A program made the translations under genes and the position numbers. From contig JAKEFK010000024.1 in the NCBI GenBank assembly GCA_022616075.1, positions 572-64,571 on the forward strand: a stretch of DNA of 64,000 nt, read 5' to 3'. The notes beneath the pieces are model-generated. The model saw only the letters and a list, made by a program, of their open reading frames with translations, was not told the DNA's origin and ran no database searches. This document shows positions 49,087-58,101 of the stretch, in pieces. Every line of letters begins with the position of its first letter. Within the stretch, counting starts at the first letter, position 1. This stretch comes from a bacterium (lineage in GTDB: Bacteria; Acidobacteriota; HRBIN11; JAKEFK01).

Positions 49087-50988
49087 TCAGAAAGTTGTCA
49101 ATTGCGTCGCATAAGTGTCTGACCACTCCTTTCGGAGAAGGTCGAACATCTGCTTCCGCTCAGGATCCTGCTGAGCCATCAAACTCTGCGCCCGAGCTAG
49201 CGACAGGAGCATCAACTGGAGTGCTACTAAAGTCTGCTGCGCACCATTGAATGTCTGCGGCTCGGAGGCATTATTTTCCGCACTTGTAGGAGCACCCTCG
49301 GCGACTCGCGCGTCCAGTGTCAGCGCAGCATTGCTCAACGGCTCGTAAAGCCGTCCGTAAAATGGATGTGCCGTGTTGATCGTCAGAATGATTTTGCCGA
49401 ATCGTTGATCTACATGATAAAACGGCCAGTACTCGTCATGCTTATAATGTATGATGTGCTTCGAGCTCTTAACGCGCTCAAAGGCTTCCTCATCAGTCTC
49501 CATTTCCCGCTTGAGCATCATCGCGAGAGTACGGAGGTTCTCATCGAGCTGCCGCTGTTCCTCCGGAGTGTTCGGCGTAGGCTCGATCAAGGCCTTTGCC
49601 TGGCGAAGCTCGGCCTCATCAGCCTTCATTTCACCGGCGCTTGGCTTGCTTCCATGGCGTATTACCGTCTGCTCGCTTTGATATTTCTTGATCTGCTCGC
49701 GAAGTGCAGTTATTTCTCCAGATAGCGCTTCAGAGATGTCCTGCAGCACATAATCCTTGGGACGAATGCCCTGCTTATTCGCGGCTACTCCGAATGCCTC
49801 GTCCAACTCGCCTGGGAAATCGATCTGGATGCGGAGCCAGTTCGCGTCACTGTGACGCTTCATGATCTCTGGAATCGTTCCGATGAAAACCTCGCGGTCG
49901 TTCCGCAAAACAGAGACCGTATTGTCGTCGTATAGGTGCAGGTCGTTTTTGCGAACCTTGAGAGGAAGCGCTCCCCAATCTGAGATCGGCAGGGCGTAGA
50001 GGCGAATAGTGACGGGTGCACGCTCGACGTTTTCCGATTCCTGACTGTGGTTTTCGCTCCGCTTCACTTGGATGACCTTAGAAAAAACTACCCGGCTTTC
50101 TTTCACTCTGATCTCAGGAATTCTGGTGTGCCGAGCAGAGACCATGGAGTATGTCGGATCGAAAGGCTCTACCAGCCGATTATTCACGTAGAGTTTTGTG
50201 CCTTTTGCAAGCGCGCGGCGATAGACACGGGACATCTCTTTGATCGCATGCTCACACAGCGTCCGAGCTTTCGCAAAAGTGAGCCGGTCGCACAACGGCA
50301 AATAAACGATCGTACCTGACTTCCCGAGCCTATCCTTGAGTTCGTCCACATCTTGCGCAAAAAGCGACTGCTCGTTTCGATCGGGAAAAGAGAGTGCTTT
50401 CGTCAAAATATCAGAGACCTCACTCGGCAGCAGGTCCATAAGAGTAGGGTCTGGCAGCTCGATGAGGTTTGATTTTTCCTTTCCGATGGCTTCGACATCG
50501 AGGGTCATATTGTAATAGGCTCCCGATTCCTGCCATGAATAAATGTCAAGAATCGGACTCATGCTGAGCGCCGCAGTTTTCATGCCCATGCCGAAGCGCC
50601 CGATGCCGGAACGGTTGTCAAAGACCATGGAACCGCCGAACGATGTTGCGAATTTTAGGACATTGGGTGCCATCCCGTTGCCGTTATCGAGTACCAAAAT
50701 ATTTGTCTGGTAAGCGCCTTTCTTACCAGTCTGGCTAAAATAGACGCGAACTTCGGTGGCGCCCCACTGGATAGCGTTGTCAATATGCTCGCACAACGCA
50801 GACGTTGTGCTGTTATAACCGACATCGCGCAAAGATCTGATGAGTGTTTGCCCGAAAAAGAGCGGTACGGTCGCCTTTTCCTTGATGATCCGATTCAGTA
50901 CAGTCTTCCCGCCGCGCGGGGCATTCTCGCCCCAAACTGGGGTTTGAGCATCAGCTTCCGACGAGGTGGGAGTATTTTGTTCTAGCAT
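49087..50988 (-). CDS. GHKL/MORC-like ATPase (HATPase_c_3 Bergerat fold) with long coiled-coil C-terminus
   Basis: EHIDNAIQWGATEVRVYF, VLDNGNGMA and GRFGMGMK motifs. The start at 50988 has an AGGAGA RBS. Confidence 0.7.
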   Translation of the reverse strand: MLEQNTPTSSEADAQTPVWGENAPRGGKTVLNRIIKEKATVPLFFGQTLIRSLRDVGYNSTTSALCEHIDNAIQWGATEVRVYFSQTGKKGAYQTNILVLDNGNGMAPNVLKFATSFGGSMVFDNRSGIGRFGMGMKTAALSMSPILDIYSWQESGAYYNMTLDVEAIGKEKSNLIELPDPTLMDLLPSEVSDILTKALSFPDRNEQSLFAQDVDELKDRLGKSGTIVYLPLCDRLTFAKARTLCEHAIKEMSRVYRRALAKGTKLYVNNRLVEPFDPTYSMVSARHTRIPEIRVKESRVVFSKVIQVKRSENHSQESENVERAPVTIRLYALPISDWGALPLKVRKNDLHLYDDNTVSVLRNDREVFIGTIPEIMKRHSDANWLRIQIDFPGELDEAFGVAANKQGIRPKDYVLQDISEALSGEITALREQIKKYQSEQTVIRHGSKPSAGEMKADEAELRQAKALIEPTPNTPEEQRQLDENLRTLAMMLKREMETDEEAFERVKSSKHIIHYKHDEYWPFYHVDQRFGKIILTINTAHPFYGRLYEPLSNAALTLDARVAEGAPTSAENNASEPQTFNGAQQTLVALQLMLLSLARAQSLMAQQDPERKQMFDLLRKEWSDTYATQLTTF

Positions 50989-51369
50989 TTCGATTCTCCT
51001 GTTTTGTGACCACCGGCTGTTCGGGGTCAGAGTCGAGAGCATAATGGCTCTCATTAAATAAGTAGTTGAAAACGCCCAAAAGTTACATTGTGGCCAGAAA
51101 TCGCGTGGAATTTTAGAAGTTTGATCGTTATTGTAAGAATGAGTGACAACGGTTTTCTGCGCGACTGATTCAATCTTTCGATAACGTCTCACGCATTTTG
51201 CTGCAGCCCGAGCGCATTTATGATTTCCGTTGCAATTCTTGTTTTCTCTTTGCTGTTGGAATCATATCCCAGACGAAAGTCTCGGAAATCATTATCTCCG
51301 GAATAAGGACCATAGACTCCACCGTTTGGGGAAGGTACTTCGTAACACAGCCCATTCTTCGAAGCTCCT

Positions 51370-52473
51370 TTACTTGTTTTGTCTAAACATCAATATGTTC
51401 GAATCTGCAGTGGCTTTCGATCTTGATTGTGATTTTTCTCTATAGCCCTCAATAATGGTTTTAAGCATGCCTTCGCCCAATTGCGAATGTGAAGACAGCT
51501 GGGCGAGATCAATAGGAACCCCGTATATAGCCTCGATCATCTGTCGAATTAGCCGTGGTTTTTCTGCCGGTATGTCTAGGCTTTCAGGTTCTTTCATTCT
51601 CCACCCATTAGCGGATAACTGCTCAAATAAGTAACGATATTGTCGCTCCGAAATAGCTCGCACATCAAAGGCTCGCCTGATTAAGGCTTGTATGGAAACG
51701 CCCCATTTTGGTTTTAGCTGTGCGATCCTAGAAAGAGTAAGTGGCGATACAAAATCTCGAACGATGCCTTTCTGAGGCATCAAGAACTCTGCTGCGAACT
51801 GGTTGGCACTCTTCTCCTGTTCAACGCCTAGTCTTTTCTTGTGCCCCAAAATAAGATGGCCTAATTCGTGAGCAATGGTTAGCCTCATCCTGTCAGCAGG
51901 TCTGTTCTTGGAAATCGCAATGAGAGGCACTTGGTCTCCAGGAGTATCATGAACGATTTTGCACGAAAATGCGTCACGTCTTGGAAGCTCGACTGGCAGA
52001 GCCAAAATCAAAACTCCAATTCGTTCTAAAGTATCTATCAAATTCACAATGGGACCATCTTCGGTGAGAATACAATGCATTCTAGTTTCAATGGCTGCTT
52101 GCTGAGGATCACTCGATGGGGATTTTGGGAGAGAGGGGGGGACTGGGCTAATCTTGGCGGCGAGCAGTGTGAAAAGCTCGTAGAGTACTTCTGCATACCG
52201 CTTAGCCTCTACCAATTCCCGTCTTGTCATCGTGGCGTGTGCCCTAAATACAACGGCGCTTGAGTCGAACTCAATCAAAGGATCGTTGGAAAAAAAGGAA
52301 AGAGGGAAGCGGGTGTATCTTGAAATATCAGATATCAAATCGGCGGAAGGCTCTTTGAATCCTCCTTCAATCTGAGCTATCGCGCTCTGAGAAACTTCAA
52401 TTTTGTCAGCCAATTGTTTTTGAGTCCACCCATGAAGTTCCCTTGCTTGTCGTATGCGTTTTCCGCTATACAT
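51370..52473 (-). CDS. Fused XRE-HTH plus ImmA/IrrE-family zinc metallopeptidase (CapH/CapP-like or DdrO/IrrE-like damage-responsive regulator)
   Basis: N-terminal HTH (IRQARELHGWTQKQLADKIEVSQSAIAQIEGG) and an HEXXH motif (HELGHLILGH). Confidence 0.8.
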   Translation of the reverse strand: MYSGKRIRQARELHGWTQKQLADKIEVSQSAIAQIEGGFKEPSADLISDISRYTRFPLSFFSNDPLIEFDSSAVVFRAHATMTRRELVEAKRYAEVLYELFTLLAAKISPVPPSLPKSPSSDPQQAAIETRMHCILTEDGPIVNLIDTLERIGVLILALPVELPRRDAFSCKIVHDTPGDQVPLIAISKNRPADRMRLTIAHELGHLILGHKKRLGVEQEKSANQFAAEFLMPQKGIVRDFVSPLTLSRIAQLKPKWGVSIQALIRRAFDVRAISERQYRYLFEQLSANGWRMKEPESLDIPAEKPRLIRQMIEAIYGVPIDLAQLSSHSQLGEGMLKTIIEGYREKSQSRSKATADSNILMFRQNK

Positions 52474-52479
52474 TTGTTT

Positions 52480-53061
52480 TCATCCATTTTCTTTCTTTTT
52501 GTCCTCTTGTTTCGGTTCGATAGGAAGTTCTCCCGGATCATTCGGAGGTGGAGGCGCGGAAGAAGAAAGACCGGGATTTTTTATTTCCATTATCCAATGA
52601 GCTTCAACGGATTCTTCGTCAGCGTATTTTGGACAAACCAACCAAAGCCGAGAAAGGTTGTGAAGTTTATCAGAATTCCAGATGATGATGAGTTTTAGCG
52701 GGTCAACACCGGTAAAGAGAAGCTGTTGGCAATACGCTTGTCTAGGGTCGGACTTTGACGCCGGCGGATTTTGATCATTTGCTTTCCAAATTCTGATACC
52801 GTAATTTGGAAGTTGGAGCCACAAACCAGCGTTATTGATATGCTCCATCTTGAGATCTGCAAATTCTTTCTTCTGTAAATAGTTCTTGGCATAAGCTCGA
52901 ACATTGCCAGCCCAAATGGTACCATCAAATTCGAGATCGTCAGCATCAACTATTTCTTTTGATTTCATCGCGCCCCATTCCAAGGCGTAATAAATCTCGC
53001 GCAGGAGCCAGTCCAATTCTTGATAAGTTTCTTCAGGATTAGGAAAGTGCGGTAGGTTCAT
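52480..53061 (-). CDS. Hypothetical protein (about 193 aa) upstream of the HTH-ImmA regulator and probably co-transcribed with it
   Basis: Start MNLPHFPN with a GAGGT RBS. No recognised domain. Pro-rich and acidic tail. Confidence 0.4.
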   Translation of the reverse strand: MNLPHFPNPEETYQELDWLLREIYYALEWGAMKSKEIVDADDLEFDGTIWAGNVRAYAKNYLQKKEFADLKMEHINNAGLWLQLPNYGIRIWKANDQNPPASKSDPRQAYCQQLLFTGVDPLKLIIIWNSDKLHNLSRLWLVCPKYADEESVEAHWIMEIKNPGLSSSAPPPPNDPGELPIEPKQEDKKKENG

Positions 53062-53130
53062 CTTCTTATTATTACCTCGTATCGGTAATAAAATTACCAG
53101 CAAATTACCATTCTGTCAATGGCTCCCCGC

Positions 53131-53190
53131 ATTGCTGCACTTTATTCCGGATTGCTCGACTTTATTCTGCGTTGCCGCGCGGTTTATTCC
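53131..53190. repeat. Three tandem 20-bp direct repeats (ATTGCTGCACTTTATTCCGG / ATTGCTCGACTTTATTCTGC / GTTGCCGCGCGGTTTATTCC)
   Basis: Exact 20-bp periodicity, in the 400-bp non-coding gap between brxL and the 52480..53061 operon. Confidence 0.7.
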
Positions 53191-53499
53191 AATCTACACT
53201 CGTGGGGTCTGTTGCAAAGGATGTGAAACTCTGCATCATCAAGAGTGTTGGAGTCGTAATGGCAACAAGTGCTCCATCTTTGCATGTGATTGAAGAGAAG
53301 TTCCGGAGAAGAAATAGGCATGGGCCAGATGCGAATAATCAGTGGATTGTTGAAAGACGGGCAGGATTCCAGATCATCTCGGCAATCATCATATAAAGCT
53401 TCTGCCGAGCCATCTAATTCGGCTTTCTTGAATTCGTGATACGCCTGGAACGGTCAGGCTCTTGTCTCTCACAAATTTCAAGAATCCGGGGTTGCGTGT

Positions 53500-55548
53500 T
53501 TACGTCAAGCCAAGCGATTTAAGCGCTGCCGTCATTGGATCGCTGTAAAAGATCGGGTCGACGCGTTCCATGATGTCGGCCGGAACGGCAAGGAAATCGC
53601 GCTTGTTCTCTATCGGAACCATTGCACGGCGAGCACCATTTTCCTTTCCTAATTGAAGGGCTTGGTCTAAGGAGCGCAAAGCCTTAATGTTCCCCTGAAT
53701 GCTCAGATCTCCAAGCACCATTAGCGCTGGCAAAGTCGAAGATTTCTTCAATGCAGAATATATCGAGACAACAAGCGCAACGCCCGTCTCTCCGGTGACG
53801 TGATTGTGCAATAAATCGATGACCTCGACATGGAAGTCAGTCGTATCCACTTGCTGAGCAATTCCCATATCCACCTTATGACCCTGTATGTAGGAGAACG
53901 CGCGACGAAGCGACTCGCGCATCCCGGGATCGATTGCACCTGACAAACTCAGCTTTCCAGTTCCAGATGAGCAACCGACCTCCAGTCGAAACAAACCAAC
54001 TTTTCCTTGATCATCAACGGAGGCCGTGTAAAGCGACCCGGGTGCAAGCGGATCCGCAGAAATCAGATTCCGCCCGCCTTCCTCCGGAACACCGACGTAA
54101 CGCTCCTCACCTGTCTCCTTTTCTATATAGGAGAAAGATGTGTTGAAGAATTCAAATGAACCCATCTTCTTCAACTGCTCTTTGACCCTTCGCCTTCCTT
54201 CCAGTGCGAGCTCCAATATTTCTTGGAGTTCGTCTTTCGTCATCTCGCCATGGGGATAAATTAGTTTGGCCAGCCCTGCAACGGTTTTTCGTGATGCTTT
54301 AACATCACGAGATTTCAATTGCGATCCAAGAGAAAAATGCGTATCAATAATCTCGGTGAAATTGCGGCGGCGGAGCTCACGAAGCGCCTCAGCAAGATAG
54401 TCCACGACGAATCCATACCCTGAAGTGAACATGCTGGTCTGCATTTTCGGAATCTCCCACCCAGGAACATAAAAATGAATGCGGTCCAGAAAGGCGGTGT
54501 CTTCCCGGATCACATCCGGCAAAGGAGCAAATAAATGCGACGACCGGACCATCACATCAACCGCCTGGTGGATATTTCCAAAGAATGCAACCGAAGCAGT
54601 GCCGCTCAATTGCTCTTTTCCTCGCGCAAAACTTCCTGATTCGCAATAGGTCTTCAGCGTGGTAATCACTTCTCGCGGCATCTTCTGCAGGTCGGCCACT
54701 TCATCAAATGCGACCGCATCCCACAAGCCAACCAATCCAATCTTGTTCGTGCTCATGTTGTAGAAAAGATTGGCAACGGTTGTAGGACCAGTTAGAAGAA
54801 TTGCGTACGGAGAGAGTTGCTGGTACGCGAACGATTTTCCGGTTTCGCGGGGTCCCAATTCAATCAGGTTATAATTTTGCTCGCATAATGGCACGAGCCG
54901 CATCAGATAAAGGAGTTTCAACCGCCGGCTCATCCCGATGGGTTCTAGCCCGATTGTGCGAACTAATAAATCGACCCACTCTTCTGATGTGAAACCTTCT
55001 CGCCCGTTAAAATATTCCTGGATATCGAATGTAGCCACCTGAATCGGCTTCAGATCATCAATCCAAAACGGACTCCGGCGACCCTGAACCTGATCATCAT
55101 ATTCATGGCGTAATTCGACCTCGGACCAAACGCCATCCACGAGAAGACGATCGAAATTCCGCACGAACCGGTCCGGGACATGAATGAAGCGGTTCCCGAA
55201 GTTTACGATTTCCGCCCAGTACTTATCATCTTCAGCCAGATACCGAACTTTGACTTTATCAATGAGGATGTGTCGTCCTTTTTCTTTGACAACGGACTGT
55301 GCCTTATTCGCTTCATCGGGGCGCACGAAATTTTCCGCAAGAGTCGAGTTGACGATTTTTAATCCTGCTTCGACTGCGACAGGATCATCGGTTGCACAGT
55401 ACTTGCCTAACAAGTATTCCAGAACATAAACCGGCACTGTTGATCCGAACTTGAGCTTGCGCACCAATTCTTTTCGGACGACCTTACCGGCGAAAGTTTT
55501 GCTGACCTTGGCGTCCAGCGCGTCCGGAACCGACTGGTTAGAAAGCAA
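53500..55548 (-). CDS. brxL: BREX Lon-like protease BrxL
   Basis: 682 aa. The N-terminus (...KVVRKELVRKLKFGSTVPVYVLEYLLGKYC) and a C-terminal Lon protease-like domain are typical of BrxL. Confidence 0.8.
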   Translation of the reverse strand: MLSNQSVPDALDAKVSKTFAGKVVRKELVRKLKFGSTVPVYVLEYLLGKYCATDDPVAVEAGLKIVNSTLAENFVRPDEANKAQSVVKEKGRHILIDKVKVRYLAEDDKYWAEIVNFGNRFIHVPDRFVRNFDRLLVDGVWSEVELRHEYDDQVQGRRSPFWIDDLKPIQVATFDIQEYFNGREGFTSEEWVDLLVRTIGLEPIGMSRRLKLLYLMRLVPLCEQNYNLIELGPRETGKSFAYQQLSPYAILLTGPTTVANLFYNMSTNKIGLVGLWDAVAFDEVADLQKMPREVITTLKTYCESGSFARGKEQLSGTASVAFFGNIHQAVDVMVRSSHLFAPLPDVIREDTAFLDRIHFYVPGWEIPKMQTSMFTSGYGFVVDYLAEALRELRRRNFTEIIDTHFSLGSQLKSRDVKASRKTVAGLAKLIYPHGEMTKDELQEILELALEGRRRVKEQLKKMGSFEFFNTSFSYIEKETGEERYVGVPEEGGRNLISADPLAPGSLYTASVDDQGKVGLFRLEVGCSSGTGKLSLSGAIDPGMRESLRRAFSYIQGHKVDMGIAQQVDTTDFHVEVIDLLHNHVTGETGVALVVSIYSALKKSSTLPALMVLGDLSIQGNIKALRSLDQALQLGKENGARRAMVPIENKRDFLAVPADIMERVDPIFYSDPMTAALKSLGLT

Positions 55549-58099
55549 GCGATACCTCCACAGGATTCGGTTTTACGAGTTCCATTCCGGTTAACGAATC
55601 AATCAGATGGATGGTAACGGATCCTGACGCTGGCGCCTTTTCGGTAAGCATTAAAGCAATGGTATTGGGTTCCACGCTGTTCGGGCTTTGCGTGGATTCG
55701 CGTAGCGCAAAATCTGCCGTTGTCTGGTTGAACCCATAGCTGCCACTGACAGGAATCGAGCAACTCTCGTTTCCGACCCGCGCTTCCACCTTGATCCGGG
55801 GCCATTCCATCTCGAGCACTCGCGATTCCCCTGTAACTGTAACGGAAAAAAAACGGCTGGTAATTTTCGGAGTCCCAAGTGCCAGCTTCCATGAGATGCC
55901 TTTCACTGTGTCGTAATGCTGGGTCACTTTAGGGCGGGCTGTCAGAACTGGGATGATGAGTTCTTGAGGGGATGCCCCGCCGTGGAAATAAGAAACCGAT
56001 CCGCCCGAACGGAATACAGCCAGGTTCAAGGGAACGGCGATGTCAAGATCGCTGTTGATGCCGAACTTCGAAAGCGGTTCCATAAAATAGCTTGGACTGC
56101 TAGCGCCGTTTCGCCCTACCCAGACGCGACGATGCAGCAGCGCGGTCTTTCCTCCGGGCGCATCAATCTTCATCGAGTCGTCCATTTCTTCTCCATACAG
56201 AAATCCATGATCTGCAGCAACGACGATATGTTCGACTCCTACCTCCGCCAGTCGCCTCATCGCGATACAGAGCTGACTTAAAACATCATCCATCATTTGC
56301 CTGGTCGATGTAAAACCTTTTTCTCCACTGCTGTCGATTTCCTGAGAGGTCAGCAGGACGATAAATGGGCCGCTCGGCACTTCTTTCAGCTTCCTTTTTA
56401 TTGCTTTGTATTCTTCCAGCTTCAAAACCACAACCGGCATATCGATGTTTGACGCAAAGTATTCGATCCGCTTTTCCCGATTTGCGAGGACTTTATCGCC
56501 CATTACGACTTCCAACGCCTTATTGGGAGCACGAAGTTGCATGGATTGCCGGGCCCTTGGTAACAAAGCGGCCATCCCAACTTCAGTAACCGCCGGAAGC
56601 GTTCCAATCACAGCATTGAGCTGAAGATCAAACTCCTTTCCCAGTAGTCCGTTCAGCTCCGTCGCCATTTCGTAGCGTAATGCGTCTACGAAAATGTATG
56701 CGGTTTTCTTCTGATGAAAATGAGGTTCTACAAAAATCTCGAAAACTTCACTTTGCTTGTAAAAGTCCGGTATATGAAAAGAGGCATCTTTCAAGGCTCT
56801 TAAAAAAGTTTCAGCTAACAGAGTGGCCGCTTCGTGGTGTGCTTTTCTCGCGGATGAGACGAGCTTGTCAAGATCATCCGGCAGCTTTAAATGCACTTCA
56901 AGGTTGGACGTTTGCTTTTCCAGATAACGATGGAGAGTATCCATCCGGTGCCATTCATCGATATAAGAACGGACTATGGATGAGGCGTTCTTCTTGCCGA
57001 CCTGTGATTGAACAAAAGAGCTGAACTGAATCAACTGAGCGGCAAGGTTAAGAATATTCCACTGGCCCTTGAGTTCTGGGTCCTGCGTAGCCCAGAAACC
57101 CTTCGCTCGTTTGCTAGCAAAGGCCAATACGTCCTCACCAATCCGCTCGATTAGTTTCTTTGCAGTATTCGTTAATAGGATAGCGTCGATCTTGGCAAAT
57201 GTTTCCACTTTCTGGCAGATTTCAAATGGTAAAGACATGCTGTTGACGTGCAGTGACTTCTCCACTTGGGCCGCCGCTCGTTTGTAACTTTCAGCGAGAC
57301 CAAGCTGTCCACGCCAGGATGCCGCCAATTCAGAGCATTTCCTCAATGCGTACGCATCGATCGTTCCGGCAAGAGTCACGAGCGCCGGAGGGATATCATC
57401 AGCCAGTGAATAAAGGAAATCAGCTATCAGAACGTGTCTCGCAAAGACGCTTCTCAACTGTTCGGGCGATTTTTCTGTTTTGATCGGAGCTTTATATATT
57501 GAAGAGAGAGAATTAATGAGCTCTGATGACGCTTTTTTGTCGAGTAACACTTGGTCGTATCTGTCAGATGAGACAAACTTCAATGCTGCTTCTTCCGGCA
57601 TGTCGACACCAAAAATCACATTGAGTACCGGGGACAATCGGAGATCACTCCCTTCGTCGGCGAGGCGTTCTAGATCCGCAAGTTTGAGTTGTCCACTATC
57701 GATTTGTTTTTCCAGTTCATCCAATCGATGATCCGGAATGCGTCCCTTCAGAGATCTTCTTGCAACTAATGATAATCGTGTGTTCCGTAGCACGGAACGA
57801 TCCCCCGGTTGCGCGACCGCTCCCAGCGCTGCCAGCTCAGCAAGCGCCTGTTTCGTTTGATCGCGATGGAGCGGAACATAAACGAGCATGTGAGGACGAT
57901 GCGGTCCGCGTAAGGCTTCTTCGATCTGCGCGCGCAGATCGTAATAGCTTGTGTTATACCGGGCAATCTTACAAGACGGAATTTTGAGAGTCTCAATCAG
58001 TGATGAGTACGTTTGGTCAGGGTCAAACCATAGAACAATTCCTTGCTCGGCGACCTGCCGGGCCAACATCTCCTGCAGATGATCTGCTATGACTCCCAT
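55538..58099 (-). CDS. pglZ: BREX alkaline-phosphatase-superfamily protein PglZ
   Basis: 853 aa. PglZ-domain motif region (IFVDALRYEMATEL...) in the C-terminal half. Confidence 0.8.
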   Translation of the reverse strand: MGVIADHLQEMLARQVAEQGIVLWFDPDQTYSSLIETLKIPSCKIARYNTSYYDLRAQIEEALRGPHRPHMLVYVPLHRDQTKQALAELAALGAVAQPGDRSVLRNTRLSLVARRSLKGRIPDHRLDELEKQIDSGQLKLADLERLADEGSDLRLSPVLNVIFGVDMPEEAALKFVSSDRYDQVLLDKKASSELINSLSSIYKAPIKTEKSPEQLRSVFARHVLIADFLYSLADDIPPALVTLAGTIDAYALRKCSELAASWRGQLGLAESYKRAAAQVEKSLHVNSMSLPFEICQKVETFAKIDAILLTNTAKKLIERIGEDVLAFASKRAKGFWATQDPELKGQWNILNLAAQLIQFSSFVQSQVGKKNASSIVRSYIDEWHRMDTLHRYLEKQTSNLEVHLKLPDDLDKLVSSARKAHHEAATLLAETFLRALKDASFHIPDFYKQSEVFEIFVEPHFHQKKTAYIFVDALRYEMATELNGLLGKEFDLQLNAVIGTLPAVTEVGMAALLPRARQSMQLRAPNKALEVVMGDKVLANREKRIEYFASNIDMPVVVLKLEEYKAIKRKLKEVPSGPFIVLLTSQEIDSSGEKGFTSTRQMMDDVLSQLCIAMRRLAEVGVEHIVVAADHGFLYGEEMDDSMKIDAPGGKTALLHRRVWVGRNGASSPSYFMEPLSKFGINSDLDIAVPLNLAVFRSGGSVSYFHGGASPQELIIPVLTARPKVTQHYDTVKGISWKLALGTPKITSRFFSVTVTGESRVLEMEWPRIKVEARVGNESCSIPVSGSYGFNQTTADFALRESTQSPNSVEPNTIALMLTEKAPASGSVTIHLIDSLTGMELVKPNPVEVSLAF

Positions 58100-58101
58100 C
58101 T

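Noticed and set aside
53172-53396. 74-aa ORF in the brxL-downstream intergenic region
   Set aside because: It starts inside the 20-bp tandem repeats, has no RBS, and is more likely regulatory DNA than coding.
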